From NCBI RefSeq assembly GCF_009914755.1, contig NC_060933.1: a stretch of 64,000 bases of DNA, one strand, 5' to 3'. Position numbers and translations under genes: made by a program. Shown in pieces: positions 24,965 through 37,900 of this stretch (the stretch's first letter is position 1; each line of letters starts with the position of its first letter). Origin of the DNA: the human T2T-CHM13v2.0 reference genome, Homo sapiens. The notes below the pieces were generated by a model. It did no database searches. It was not told the DNA's origin and worked only from the letters and a program-made list of their open reading frames with translations.

Positions 24965-27900
24965 CCCAAGACAAGAGTCCGTCACGTGGGTGATCAGAGC
25001 AGAGATATGTGAGAATTCCCGTGTAGGCAGAGCCTCGACAAATGTTACATAACCTAGGTTATCAGTGCCACTATAAATCATAAAGAATCCTGTAGGCAGA
25101 GCATAGACAAGAGTACCCTCCCCAGAGTGATCAGTGCAGAGAGGTGTCACAAAGCCCATGTAGGCAGAGCCTAGGCAAGAGTTTCATCACCTGGTTGATC
25201 AGTTCAGAGATGTGTCAAAATGTCCATGTAGGCAGATCTAAGACAAGAGTCCATCACCTGGGTGATCAGTGAAGGGATATGTACTAATGTCCCATGTAGT
25301 CAGTGCCTAGACAAGAGTTGCCTCACGTCAGAGATCAGTGCAGAGATATGTCACAAAGCCTCCTGTAGGCAAAGCCCATACAAGGCTTACATCACCTAGG
25401 TGATCAATACAGTGATATGTCACAAAAGTCCCTGTAAACAGAGGCTAGAAAAGAGTTACATCACCTGGTTGTTCAGTGCAGATGTTTGACACAATGCCCC
25501 CATAGACAGAACCTAGACAGGACTTCCATCACCTGGGTGATCAGTGCAGAGATATGTCACAAATCCCCCTGTAGGCAGAGTATAGAGAAGAGTCCCGTCA
25601 CCTGGGTGATCAGTGCAGTGATATTTCACAAAGCCCCTGTATGCAGAGTGGTCAAGAGTTACATAACCTAGGTGATCTGTGCGGAGCTATGTCAAAACGC
25701 CCCTGCAGGCAGAGCCCAGATAAATGTTACACCACCTGGGAGATCAGTGTAGAGGTACGTCACAATACCCCCTGTAGGTGGAGCCTAGACAAGAGTTAGA
25801 TCACCTGGGTGATCAGTGCAGATATACGTCACAATAACCCCTGTAGGTGGAGCCTAGACAAGAGTTACATCACCTGGGTGATCAGTACAGAAATGTGTCA
25901 CAAAGCCCCTGTAGGCCAAGCCTAGACAAGGATTCCATCACCTGGGTGATCAGTGCAGAAATATGTCACAAAGCCCTGTAGGCCGAGCCAAGACAAGAGT
26001 TACATCTCTTGGGTGATCAGTGCAAAGATATGTCACAAAGCCCCCTGCAGACATATCCCAGAAAATTGGTACATCACCTGGGCGATCAGTGGAGATATCT
26101 GTCACAATCCCCTTTAGGCGCAGCTTAGACAAGCGTTACATCAGATGAGTGATCAGTGCAGACATATGTCACTGTGCCCCCATAGGCTGATCCAAGACAA
26201 GAGTCCATCACCTGGCTGATCAGTGCAGAAACATGCCACAATGCCACCAGTGGACAGATAGAGACAAGTATTACATCACCTGTGTGATCACTTCAGAGAT
26301 ATGTCAAAATTCCCCTGTAGGCAGAGCCTAGACAAGAGTCTCATCACCTGGGTGATCAGTGCAGAGTTATGTCACAATGCCTCCTTTTGGCAGAGCCTAG
26401 ACAAAGGTTACATCACCTGGGAGATCAGGGCAGAGATATGTCACAATGCCACCTGTAAGCAGATCCCAGACACTAGTTGCATAACCTCGGTGATCAGTGC
26501 AGAGATATGTCTCCAAACACTCTGTCGGCGAAGCCTATACGAGAGTTACATAATATCGGTGATCGGGGCAGTGATATGTTAACATGCCCCTGTAGGCAGA
26601 GGCTAGACAAGAGTTACATCACCTGGGTGATCAGTGCAGAGATATCTCACAATAACCCTGTAAGCAGAGCCAAGACAAGAGTTACATCAACTGCGAGATA
26701 AGTGCAGAGATATGTCATAAATCTCACAGAAGGCAAAGCCTAGACAAGTTTTACATCACCTCAGTGAGCAGTACAGGGATAGTTCCCAATGTCCCTCTAG
26801 GCAGAGATTAGACAAGAGTCACATGTCCTGGGTGATCAGTGCAGAGATAAGTAACAATGCCTCCATAGGCAGAGCCTAGACAAGTGTTACATAACCCAGG
26901 TGACCCGTGCAGAGTGATGTCACAACGCCCTCTGTAGGCTCAGACTAGAAAGTGTTACATCACCTGGGTGATCAGTGCAGAGATATGTCACAATGCGCCC
27001 TGTAGGCAGAGCATAGAGAAGAGTTGCATCACCTGGGTAATCAGTGCAGAGATATGTCACCATTTCCCCTGTAGTCACAGCATAGAGAAGCGTTGCATCA
27101 CCTGGGTGATCATTGCAGAGATATGTCACAATGTCCCCTGTAGGCAAAGCCTAGGCAAGGGTTACATCACGTTTGTCATCAGTTCAGGGATATGTGAAAA
27201 CGCCCCTGGAGGCAGGGCCTAGACAACAGTTATATCCCCTAATGATCAGTGCAGAGATATTTCACAATACTCCTGTAGGCAGAACCTAGACAAGAGTTGA
27301 ATCACCTGGGTGATCAGTGCAGAGATATGTCACAAAGCTCCTGTAGGCAGATCTTAGATGAGTTACATCACTTGGGTGATCAGTGCAAAGCTATGTCACA
27401 AAGCCCCCTGTATGCAAAGCCTAGACAATATTTACATCACTTACTTTGGTGACCTGTGGCGAGATCTCTCACAATTCCCCTGTAGGCAGAGCTTATACAA
27501 CAGTTACATCACCTGAGTGATCAGTGCAGAGGTATGTCACAATGCCCCCATAGGCAGACCCAAGACAAGAGTCCGTCACCTGGGTGATCAGAGCAGAGAT
27601 ATGTGAGAATTCCCGTGTAGGCAGAGCCTCGACAAGTGTTACATAACCTAGGTTATCAGTGCCACTATAAATCATAAAGAATCCTGTAGGCAGAGCATGG
27701 ACAAGAGTACCCTCCCCAGAGTGATCAGTGCAGAGAGGTGTCACAAAGCCCATGTAGGCAGAGCCTAGACAAGAGTTTCATCACTTGGTTGATCAGTTCA
27801 GAGATGTGTCAAAATGTCCATGTAGGCAGATCTAAGACAAGAGTCCATCACCTTGGTGATCAGTGAAGGGATATGTACTAATGTCCCATGTAGTCAGTGC

Positions 27901-28502
27901 CTAGACAAGATTTGCCTCACGTCAGAGATCAGTGCAGAGATATGTCACAAAGCCTTCTGTAGGCAAAGCCCATACAAGGCTTACATCACCTAGGTGATCA
28001 ATACAGTGATATGTCACAAAAGTCCCTGTAAACAGAGGCTAGAAAAGAGTTACATCAACTGGTTGTTCAGTGCAGATGTTTGACACAATGCCCCCATAGA
28101 CAGAACCTAGACAGGACTTCCATCACCTGGGTGATCAGTGCAGAGATATGTCTCAAATCCCCCTGTAGGCAGAGTATAGACAAGAGTCCCATCACCTGGG
28201 TGATCAGTGCAGTGATATTTCACAAAGCCCCTGTAGGCAGAGTGGTCAAGAGTTACATAACCTAGGTGATCTGTGCAGAGCTATGTCAAAACGCCCCTGT
28301 AGGCTGAGCCCAGATAAATGTTACATCACCTGGGAGATCAGTGCAGAGTTACGTCACAGTACCCCCTGTAGGTGGAGCCTAGACAAGAGTTAGATCACCT
28401 GGGTGATCAGTGCAGAGATACGTCACGATAACCCCTGTAGGTGGAGCCTAGACAAGAGATACATCACCCGGGTGATCAGTACAGAAATATGTCACAAAGC
28501 CC
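24965..28502 (+). repeat. HOR subfamily B block (short, first)
   Basis: Diagnostic words include TGGTTGATCAGTTCAGAG, GCAGATCTAAG, CCCATGTAGTCAGTG, CTCACGTCAGAG, CTGTAAACAGAGGCTAGAA, TTGTTCAGTGCAGATGTTTG, ACTAGTTGC and CGGCGAAG. Confidence 0.87.
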
Positions 28503-30101
28503 CTGTAGGCCAAGCCTAGACAAGGATTACATCTCCTGGGTGATCAGTGCAGAAATATGTCACAAAGCCCTGTAGGCCGACCCAAGACAAGAGTTACATC
28601 TCCTGGGTGATCAGTGCAAAGATATGTCACAAAGCCATCTGCAGACATATCCCAGAAAATTGGTACATCACCTGGGCGATCAGTGGAGATATCTGTCACA
28701 ATCCCCTTTAGGCGCAGCTTAGAGAAGCATTACATCAGATGACTGATCAGTGCAGAGATATGTCGCTGTGCCCCCATAGGCAGATCCAAGACAGGAGTCC
28801 ATCACCTGGCTGATCAGTGCAGAAATATGTCACAATGCCGCCAGTAGGCAGATATAGACAAGTATTACATCACCTGTGTGATCACTTCAGAGATATGTCA
28901 AAATGCCCCTGTAGGCAGAGCCTAGACAAGAGTCTCATCACCTGGGTGATCAGTGCAGAGTTATGTCACAATGCCTCCCTTTGGCAGAGCCTAGACAATG
29001 GTTACATCACCTGGGTGATTAGGGCAGTGATATGTCACAATGCCACCTGTAAGCAGATCCCAGACACTAGTGGCATAACCTCGGTGATCAGTGCAGATAT
29101 ATGTCTCAAAACACCCTGTCGGGGAAGCCTATACAAGAGTTACTTAATATCGGTGATCGGTGCAGTGATATGTTAACATGCCCCTGAAGGCAGAGCCTAG
29201 ACAAGAGTTACATCACCTGCGTGATCCGTGCAGAGGTATCTCACAATAACCCTGTAAGCAGAGCCAAGGCAACAGTTACATCACCTGCGAGATAAGTGCA
29301 GAGATATGTCATAAATCTCAAAGAAGGCAAAGCCTAGACAAGTTTTACATCTCCTCAGCCAGCAGTGCAGCGATATTTCCCAATGTCCCTCTAGGCAGAG
29401 CTTAGACAAGAGTCACATGTCCTGGGTGATCAGTGCAGAGATAAGTAACAATGCCTCCATAGGAAGAGCCTAGACAAGAGTTACCTAACCCAGGTGATCC
29501 GAACAGAGTGATGACACAACGCCCTCTGTAGGCACAGACTAGAAAACCGTTACATCACCTGGGTGATCATCGCAGAGATCTGTCACAATGCCCCCTGTAG
29601 GCAGAGCATAGAGAAGAGTTGCACCACCTGGGTAATCAGTGCAGAGATATGTCACAATTTGCCCTGTAGTCAGAGCATAGAGAAACGTTGCATCACCTGG
29701 GTGATCAGTGCAGAGATATGTCACAATGTCCCCTGTAGGCAAAGGCTAGCCAAGGGTTACATCGCGTTTGTCATCAGTTCAGGGATATGTGAAAACGACC
29801 CTGGAGGCAGGGCCTAGGCAACTGTTATATCCCCTAATGATCGGTGCAGAGATATTTCACAATACTCCTGTAGGCAGATCCTAGTCAAGAGTTGAATCAC
29901 CTGGGTGATCAGTGCAGAGATATGTCACAAAGCTCCTGTAGGCATAACTTAGATGAGTTACATCACTTGGGTGATCAGTGCAAAGCTATGTCACACAGCC
30001 CCCTGTATGCAAAGCCTAGACAATATTTACATCACTTACTTGGGTGATCAGTGGCGAGATCTCTTACAATTCCCCTGTAGGCAGAGCTTATACAACAGTT
30101 T
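28503..30101 (+). repeat. Subfamily A island inside B, a copy of 23314-24912
   Basis: A-type words return together with the private variants of the copy 5,189 bp upstream (AAAGCCATCTGC, TTACTTAATATC, CACCTGCGTGATCC, GCTAGCCAAGGG). Confidence 0.88.
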
Positions 30102-31979
30102 CATCACCTGAGTGATCAGTGCAGAGGTATGACACAATGCCCCCATAGGCAGACCCAAGACAAGAGTCCGTCACGTGGGTGATCAGAGCAGAGATATGTG
30201 AGAATTCCCGTGTAGGCAGAGCCTCGACAAATGTTACATAACCTAGGTTATCAGTGCCACTATAAATCATAAAGAATCCTGTAGGCAGAGCATAGACAAG
30301 AGTACCCTCCCCAGAGTGATCAGTGCAGAGAGGTGTCACAAAGCCCATGTAGGCAGAGCCTAGGCAAGAGTTTCATCACCTGGTTGATCAGTTCAGAGAT
30401 GTGTCAAAATGTCCATGTAGGCAGATCTAAGACAAGAGTCCATCACCTGGGTGATCAGTGAAGGGATATGTACTAATGTCCCATGTAGTCAGTGCCTAGA
30501 CAAGAGTTGCCTCACGTCAGAGATCAGTGCAGAGATATGTCACAAAGCCTCCTGTAGGCAAAGCCCATACAAGGCTTACATCACCTAGGTGATCAATACA
30601 GTGATATGTCACAAAAGTCCCTGTAAACAGAGGCTAGAAAAGAGTTACATCACCTGGTTGTTCAGTGCAGATGTTTGACACAATGCCCCCATAGACAGAA
30701 CCTAGACAGGACTTCCATCACCTGGGTGATCAGTGCAGAGATATGTCACAAATCCCCCTGTAGGCAGAGTATAGAGAAGAGTCCCGTCACCTGGGTGATC
30801 AGTGCAGTGATATTTCACAAAGCCCCTGTATGCAGAGTGGTCAAGAGTTACATAACCTAGGTGATCTGTGCGGAGCTATGTCAAAACGCCCCTGCAGGCA
30901 GAGCCCAGATAAATGTTACACCACCTGGGAGATCAGTGTAGAGGTACGTCACAATACCCCCTGTAGGTGGAGCCTAGACAAGAGTTAGATCACCTGGGTG
31001 ATCAGTGCAGATATACGTCACAATAACCCCTGTAGGTGGAGCCTAGACAAGAGTTACATCACCTGGGTGATCAGTACAGAAATGTGTCACAAAGCCCCTG
31101 TAGGCCAAGCCTAGACAAGGATTCCATCACCTGGGTGATCAGTGCAGAAATATGTCACAAAGCCCTGTAGGCCGAGCCAAGACAAGAGTTACATCTCTTG
31201 GGTGATCAGTGCAAAGATATGTCACAAAGCCCCCTGCAGACATATCCCAGAAAATTGGTACATCACCTGGGCGATCAGTGGAGATATCTGTCACAATCCC
31301 CTTTAGGCGCAGCTTAGACAAGCGTTACATCAGATGAGTGATCAGTGCAGACATATGTCACTGTGCCCCCATAGGCTGATCCAAGACAAGAGTCCATCAC
31401 CTGGCTGATCAGTGCAGAAACATGCCACAATGCCACCAGTGGACAGATAGAGACAAGTATTACATCACCTGTGTGATCACTTCAGAGATATGTCAAAATT
31501 CCCCTGTAGGCAGAGCCTAGACAAGAGTCTCATCACCTGGGTGATCAGTGCAGAGTTATGTCACAATGCCTCCTTTTGGCAGAGCCTAGACAAAGGTTAC
31601 ATCACCTGGGAGATCAGGGCAGAGATATGTCACAATGCCACCTGTAAGCAGATCCCAGACACTAGTTGCATAACCTCGGTGATCAGTGCAGAGATATGTC
31701 TCCAAACACTCTGTCGGCGAAGCCTATACGAGAGTTACATAATATCGGTGATCGGGGCAGTGATATGTTAACATGCCCCTGTAGGCAGAGGCTAGACAAG
31801 AGTTACATCACCTGGGTGATCAGTGCAGAGATATCTCACAATAACCCTGTAAGCAGAGCCAAGACAAGAGTTACATCAACTGCGAGATAAGTGCAGAGAT
31901 ATGTCATAAATCTCACAGAAGGCAAAGCCTAGACAAGTTTTACATCACCTCAGTGAGCAGTACAGGGATAGTTCCCAAT

Positions 31980-34900
31980 GTCCCTCTAGGCAGAGATTAG
32001 ACAAGAGTCACATGTCCTGGGTGATCAGTGCAGAGATAAGTAACAATGCCTCCATAGGCAGAGCCTAGACAAGTGTTACATAACCCAGGTGACCCGTGCA
32101 GAGTGATGTCACAACGCCCTCTGTAGGCTCAGACTAGAAAGTGTTACATCACCTGGGTGATCAGTGCAGAGATATGTCACAATGCGCCCTGTAGGCAGAG
32201 CATAGAGAAGAGTTGCATCACCTGGGTAATCAGTGCAGAGATATGTCACCATTTCCCCTGTAGTCACAGCATAGAGAAGCGTTGCATCACCTGGGTGATC
32301 ATTGCAGAGATATGTCACAATGTCCCCTGTAGGCAAAGCCTAGGCAAGGGTTACATCACGTTTGTCATCAGTTCAGGGATATGTGAAAACGCCCCTGGAG
32401 GCAGGGCCTAGACAACAGTTATATCCCCTAATGATCAGTGCAGAGATATTTCACAATACTCCTGTAGGCAGAACCTAGACAAGAGTTGAATCACCTGGGT
32501 GATCAGTGCAGAGATATGTCACAAAGCTCCTGTAGGCAGATCTTAGATGAGTTACATCACTTGGGTGATCAGTGCAAAGCTATGTCACAAAGCCCCCTGT
32601 ATGCAAAGCCTAGACAATATTTACATCACTTACTTTGGTGACCTGTGGCGAGATCTCTCACAATTCCCCTGTAGGCAGAGCTTATACAACAGTTACATCA
32701 CCTGAGTGATCAGTGCAGAGGTATGTCACAATGCCCCCATAGGCAGACCCAAGACAAGAGTCCGTCACCTGGGTGATCAGAGCAGAGATATGTGAGAATT
32801 CCCGTGTAGGCAGAGCCTCGACAAGTGTTACATAACCTAGGTTATCAGTGCCACTATAAATCATAAAGAATCCTGTAGGCAGAGCATGGACAAGAGTACC
32901 CTCCCCAGAGTGATCAGTGCAGAGAGGTGTCACAAAGCCCATGTAGGCAGAGCCTAGACAAGAGTTTCATCACTTGGTTGATCAGTTCAGAGATGTGTCA
33001 AAATGTCCATGTAGGCAGATCTAAGACAAGAGTCCATCACCTTGGTGATCAGTGAAGGGATATGTACTAATGTCCCATGTAGTCAGTGCCTAGACAAGAT
33101 TTGCCTCACGTCAGAGATCAGTGCAGAGATATGTCACAAAGCCTTCTGTAGGCAAAGCCCATACAAGGCTTACATCACCTAGGTGATCAATACAGTGATA
33201 TGTCACAAAAGTCCCTGTAAACAGAGGCTAGAAAAGAGTTACATCAACTGGTTGTTCAGTGCAGATGTTTGACACAATGCCCCCATAGACAGAACCTAGA
33301 CAGGACTTCCATCACCTGGGTGATCAGTGCAGAGATATGTCTCAAATCCCCCTGTAGGCAGAGTATAGACAAGAGTCCCATCACCTGGGTGATCAGTGCA
33401 GTGATATTTCACAAAGCCCCTGTAGGCAGAGTGGTCAAGAGTTACATAACCTAGGTGATCTGTGCAGAGCTATGTCAAAACGCCCCTGTAGGCTGAGCCC
33501 AGATAAATGTTACATCACCTGGGAGATCAGTGCAGAGTTACGTCACAGTACCCCCTGTAGGTGGAGCCTAGACAAGAGTTAGATCACCTGGGTGATCAGT
33601 GCAGAGATACGTCACGATAACCCCTGTAGGTGGAGCCTAGACAAGAGATACATCACCCGGGTGATCAGTACAGAAATATGTCACAAAGCCCCTGTAGGCC
33701 AAGCCTAGACAAGGATTACATCTCCTGGGTGATCAGTGCAGAAATATGTCACAAAGCCCTGTAGGCCGAGCCAAGAAAAGAGTTACATCTCCTGGGTGAT
33801 CAGTGCAAAGATATGTCACGAAGCCCCCTGCAGGCATATCCCAGAAAATTGGTACATCACCTGGGCGATCAGTGGAGATATCTGTCACAATCCCCTTTAG
33901 GCGCAGCTTAGACAAGCGTTACATCAGATGAGTGATCAGTGCAGACAGATGTCACTGTGCCCCCATAGGCTGATCCAAGACAAGAGTCCATCACCTGGCT
34001 GATCAGTGCAGAAATATGCCACAATGCCGCCAGTGGGCAGATAGAGACAAGTATTACATCACCTGTGTGATCACTTCAGAGATATGTCAAAATGCCCCTG
34101 TAGGCAGAGCCAAGACAAGAGTCTCAACACCTGGGTGATCAGTGCAGAGTTATGTCACAATGCCTCCTTTTGGCAGAGCCTAGACAAAGGTTACATCACC
34201 TGGGAGATCAGGGCAGAGATATGTCACAATGCCACCTGTAAGCAGATCCCAGACACTAGTTGCATAACCTCGGTGATCAGTGCAGAGATATGTCTCCAAA
34301 CACCCTGTCGGCGAAGCCTATACGAGAGTTACATAATATCGGTGATCCGTGCAGTGATGTGTTAACATTCCCCTGTAGGCAGAGGCTAGACAAAAGTTAC
34401 ATCACCTGGGTGATCAGTGCAGAGATATCTCACAATAACCCTGTAAGCAGAGCCAAGACAAGAGTTACATCACCTGCGAGATAAGTGCAGAGATATGTCA
34501 TAAATCTCACAGAAGGCAAAGCCTAGACAAGTTTTACATCACCTCAGCGAGCAGTACAGGGATAGTTCCCAATGTCCCTCTAGGCAGAGCTTAGACAAGA
34601 GTCACATGTCCTGGGTGATCAGTGCAGAGATAAGTAACAATGCCTCCATAGGCCGAGCCTAGACATGTGTTACATTACCCAGGTGACCCGTGCAGAGTGA
34701 TGTCACATCGCCCTCTGTAGGCACAGACTAAAAAGTGTTACATCACCTGGGTGATCAGTGCAAAGATATGTCACAATGCGCCCTGTAGGCAGAGCATAGA
34801 GAAGAGTTGCATCACCTGGGTAATCAGTGCAGAGATATGTCACCATTTCCCCTGTAGTCAGAGCATAGAGAAGCGTTGCATCACCTGGGTGATCATTGCA

Positions 34901-37900
34901 GAGATATGTCACAATGTCCCCTGTTGGCAAAGCCTAGGCAAGGGTTACATCACGTTTGTCATCAGTTCAGGGATATGTGGAAACGACCCTGGAGGCAGGG
35001 CATAGACAACAGTTATATCCCCTAATGATCAGTGTAGAGATATTTCACAATACTCCTGTAGGCAGATCCTAGACAAGAGTTGAATCACCTGGGTGATCAG
35101 TGCAGTGATATGTCACAAAGCTCCTGTAGGCAGAACTTAGATGAGTTACATTACTTGGGTGATCAGTGCAAAGCTATGTCACAAAGCCCCCTGTGTGCAA
35201 AGCCTAGACAATATTTACATCACTTACTTGGGTGACTTGTGGCGAGATCTCTCACAATTCCCCTGTAGGCAAAGCTTATACAACAGTTACATCACCTGAG
35301 TGATCAGTGCAGAGGTATGTCACAATGCCCCCATAGGCAGACCCAAGACAAGAGTCCGTCACCTGGGTGATCAGAGCAGAGATATGTGAGAATTCCCGTG
35401 GAGGCAGAGCCTCGACAAGTGTTACATAACCTAGGTTATCAGTGCCACTATAAATCATAAAGAATCCTGTAGGCAGAGCATAGACAAGAGTACCCTCCCC
35501 AGAGTGATCAGTGCAGAGAGGTGTCACAAAGCCCATGTAGGCAGAGCCTAGACAACAGTTTCATCACTTGGTTGATCAGTTCAGAGATGTGTCAAAATGT
35601 CCATGTAGGCAGATCTAAGACAAGAGTCCATCACCTGGGTGATCAGTGAAGGGATATGTACTAATGTCCCATGTAGTCAGTGCCTAGACAAGTGTTGCCT
35701 CACGTCAGAGATCAGTGCAGAGATATGTCACAAAGCCTTCTGTAGGCAAAGCCCATACAAGGCTTACATCACCTAGGTGATCAATACAGTGATATGTCAC
35801 AAAAGTCCCTGTAAACAGAGGCTAGAAAAGAGTTACATCACCTGGTTGTTCAATGCAGATATTTGACACAATGCCCCCATAGACAGAACCTAGACAGGAC
35901 TTCCATCATCTGGGTGATCAGTGCAGAGATATGTCTCAAATCCCCCTGTAGGCAGAGTATAGAGAAGAGTCCCGTCACCTGGGTGATCAGTGCAGTGATA
36001 TTTCACAAAGCCCCTGTAGGCAGAGTGGTCAAGAGTTACATAACCTAGGTGATCTGTGCACAGCTATGTCAAAACGCCCCTGTAGGCAGAGCCCAGATAA
36101 ATGTTACATCACCTGGGAGATCAGTGCAGAGATACGTCACAATACCCCCTGTAGGTGGAGCCTAGACAAGAGTTAGATCACCTGGGTGATCAGTGCAGAG
36201 ATACGTCACAATAACCCCTGTAGGTGGAGCCTAGACAAGAGTTACATCACCCGGGTGATCAGTACAGAAATATGTCACAAAGCCCCTGTAGGCCAAGCCT
36301 AGACAAGGATTACATTTCCTGGGTGATCAGTGCAGAAATATGTCACAAATCCCTGTAGGCCGAGCCAAGACAAGAGTTATATCTCCTGGGTGATCAGTGC
36401 AAAGATATGTCACGAAGCCCCCTGCAGGCATATCCCAGAATATTGGTACATCACCTGGGCGATGAGTGGAGATATCTGTCACAATACCCTTTAGGCGCAG
36501 CTTAGACAAGCGTTACATCAGATGAGTGATCAGTGCAGACAGATGTCACTGTGCCCCCATAGGCTGATCCAAGACAAGAGTCCATCACCTGGCTGATCAG
36601 TGCCGAAATATGCCACAATGCCGCCAGTGGGCAGATAGAGACAAGTATTACATCACCTGTGTGATCACTTCAGAGATATGTCAAAATGCCCCTGTAGGGA
36701 GAGCCTAGACAAGAGTCTCAACACCTGGGTGATCAGTGCAGAGTTATGTCACAATGCCTCCTTTTGGCAGAGCCTAGACAAAGGTTACATCACCTGGGAG
36801 ATCAGGGCAGAGATATGTCACAATGCCACCTGTAAGCAGATCCCAGACACTAGTTGCATAACCTCGGTGATCAGTGCAGAGATATGTCACCAAACACCCT
36901 GTCGGCGAAGCCTATACGAGAGTTACATAATATCGGTGATCGGTGCAGTGATATGTTAACATGCCCCTGTAGGCAGAGGCTAGACAAGAGTTACATCACC
37001 TGGGTGATCAGTGCAGAGATATCTCACAATAACCCTGTAAGCAGAGCCAAGACAAGAGTTACATCACCTGCGAGATAAGCGCAGAGATATGTCATAAATC
37101 TCACAGAAGGCAAAGCCTAGACAAGTTTTACATCACCTCAGCGAGCAGTACAGGGATAGATCCCAATGTCCCTCTAGGCAGAGATTAGACAAGAGTCACA
37201 TGTCCTGGGTGATCAGTGCAGAGATAAGTAACAATGCCTCCATAGGCAGAGCCTAGACAAGTGTTACATAACCCAGGTGACCCGTGCAGAGTGATGTCAC
37301 AACGCCCTCTGTAGGCACAGACTAGAAAGTGTTACATCACCTGGGTGATCAGTGCAGAGATATGTCACAATGCGCCCTGTAGGCAGAGCATAGAGAAGAG
37401 TTGCATCACCTGGGTAATCAGTGCAGAGATATGTCACCATTTCCCCTGTAGTCAGAGCATAGAGAAGCGTTGCATCACCTGGGTGATCATTGCAGAGATA
37501 TGTCACAATGTCCCCTGTAGGCAAAGCCTAGGCAAGGGTTACATCACGTTTGTCATCAGTTCAGGGATATGTGAAAACGCCCCTGGAGGCAGGGCCTAGA
37601 CAACAGTTATATCCCCTAATGATCAGTGCAGAGATATTTCACAATACTCCTGTAGGCAGAACCTAGACAAGAGTTGAATCACCTGGGTGATCAGTGCAGA
37701 GATATGTCACAAAGCTCCTGTAGGCAGATCTTAGATGAGTTACATCACTTGGGTGATCAGTGCAAAGCTATGTCACAAAGCCCCCTGTATGCAAAGCCTA
37801 GACAATATTTACATCACTTACTTTGGTGACCTGTGGCGAGATCTCTCACAATTCCCCTGTAGGCAGAGCTTATACAACAGTTACATCACCTGAGTGATCA

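Larger units (their letters stand above)
23314..33769 (+). repeat. Near-perfect tandem duplication of a two-HOR segment, period 5,189 bp
   Basis: ORF pairs 23628/28817, 24899/30088, 26301/31490, 27493/32682 and 28080/33269 translate identically at offset 5,189. The junction lies within 28503-28580. Confidence 0.92.
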
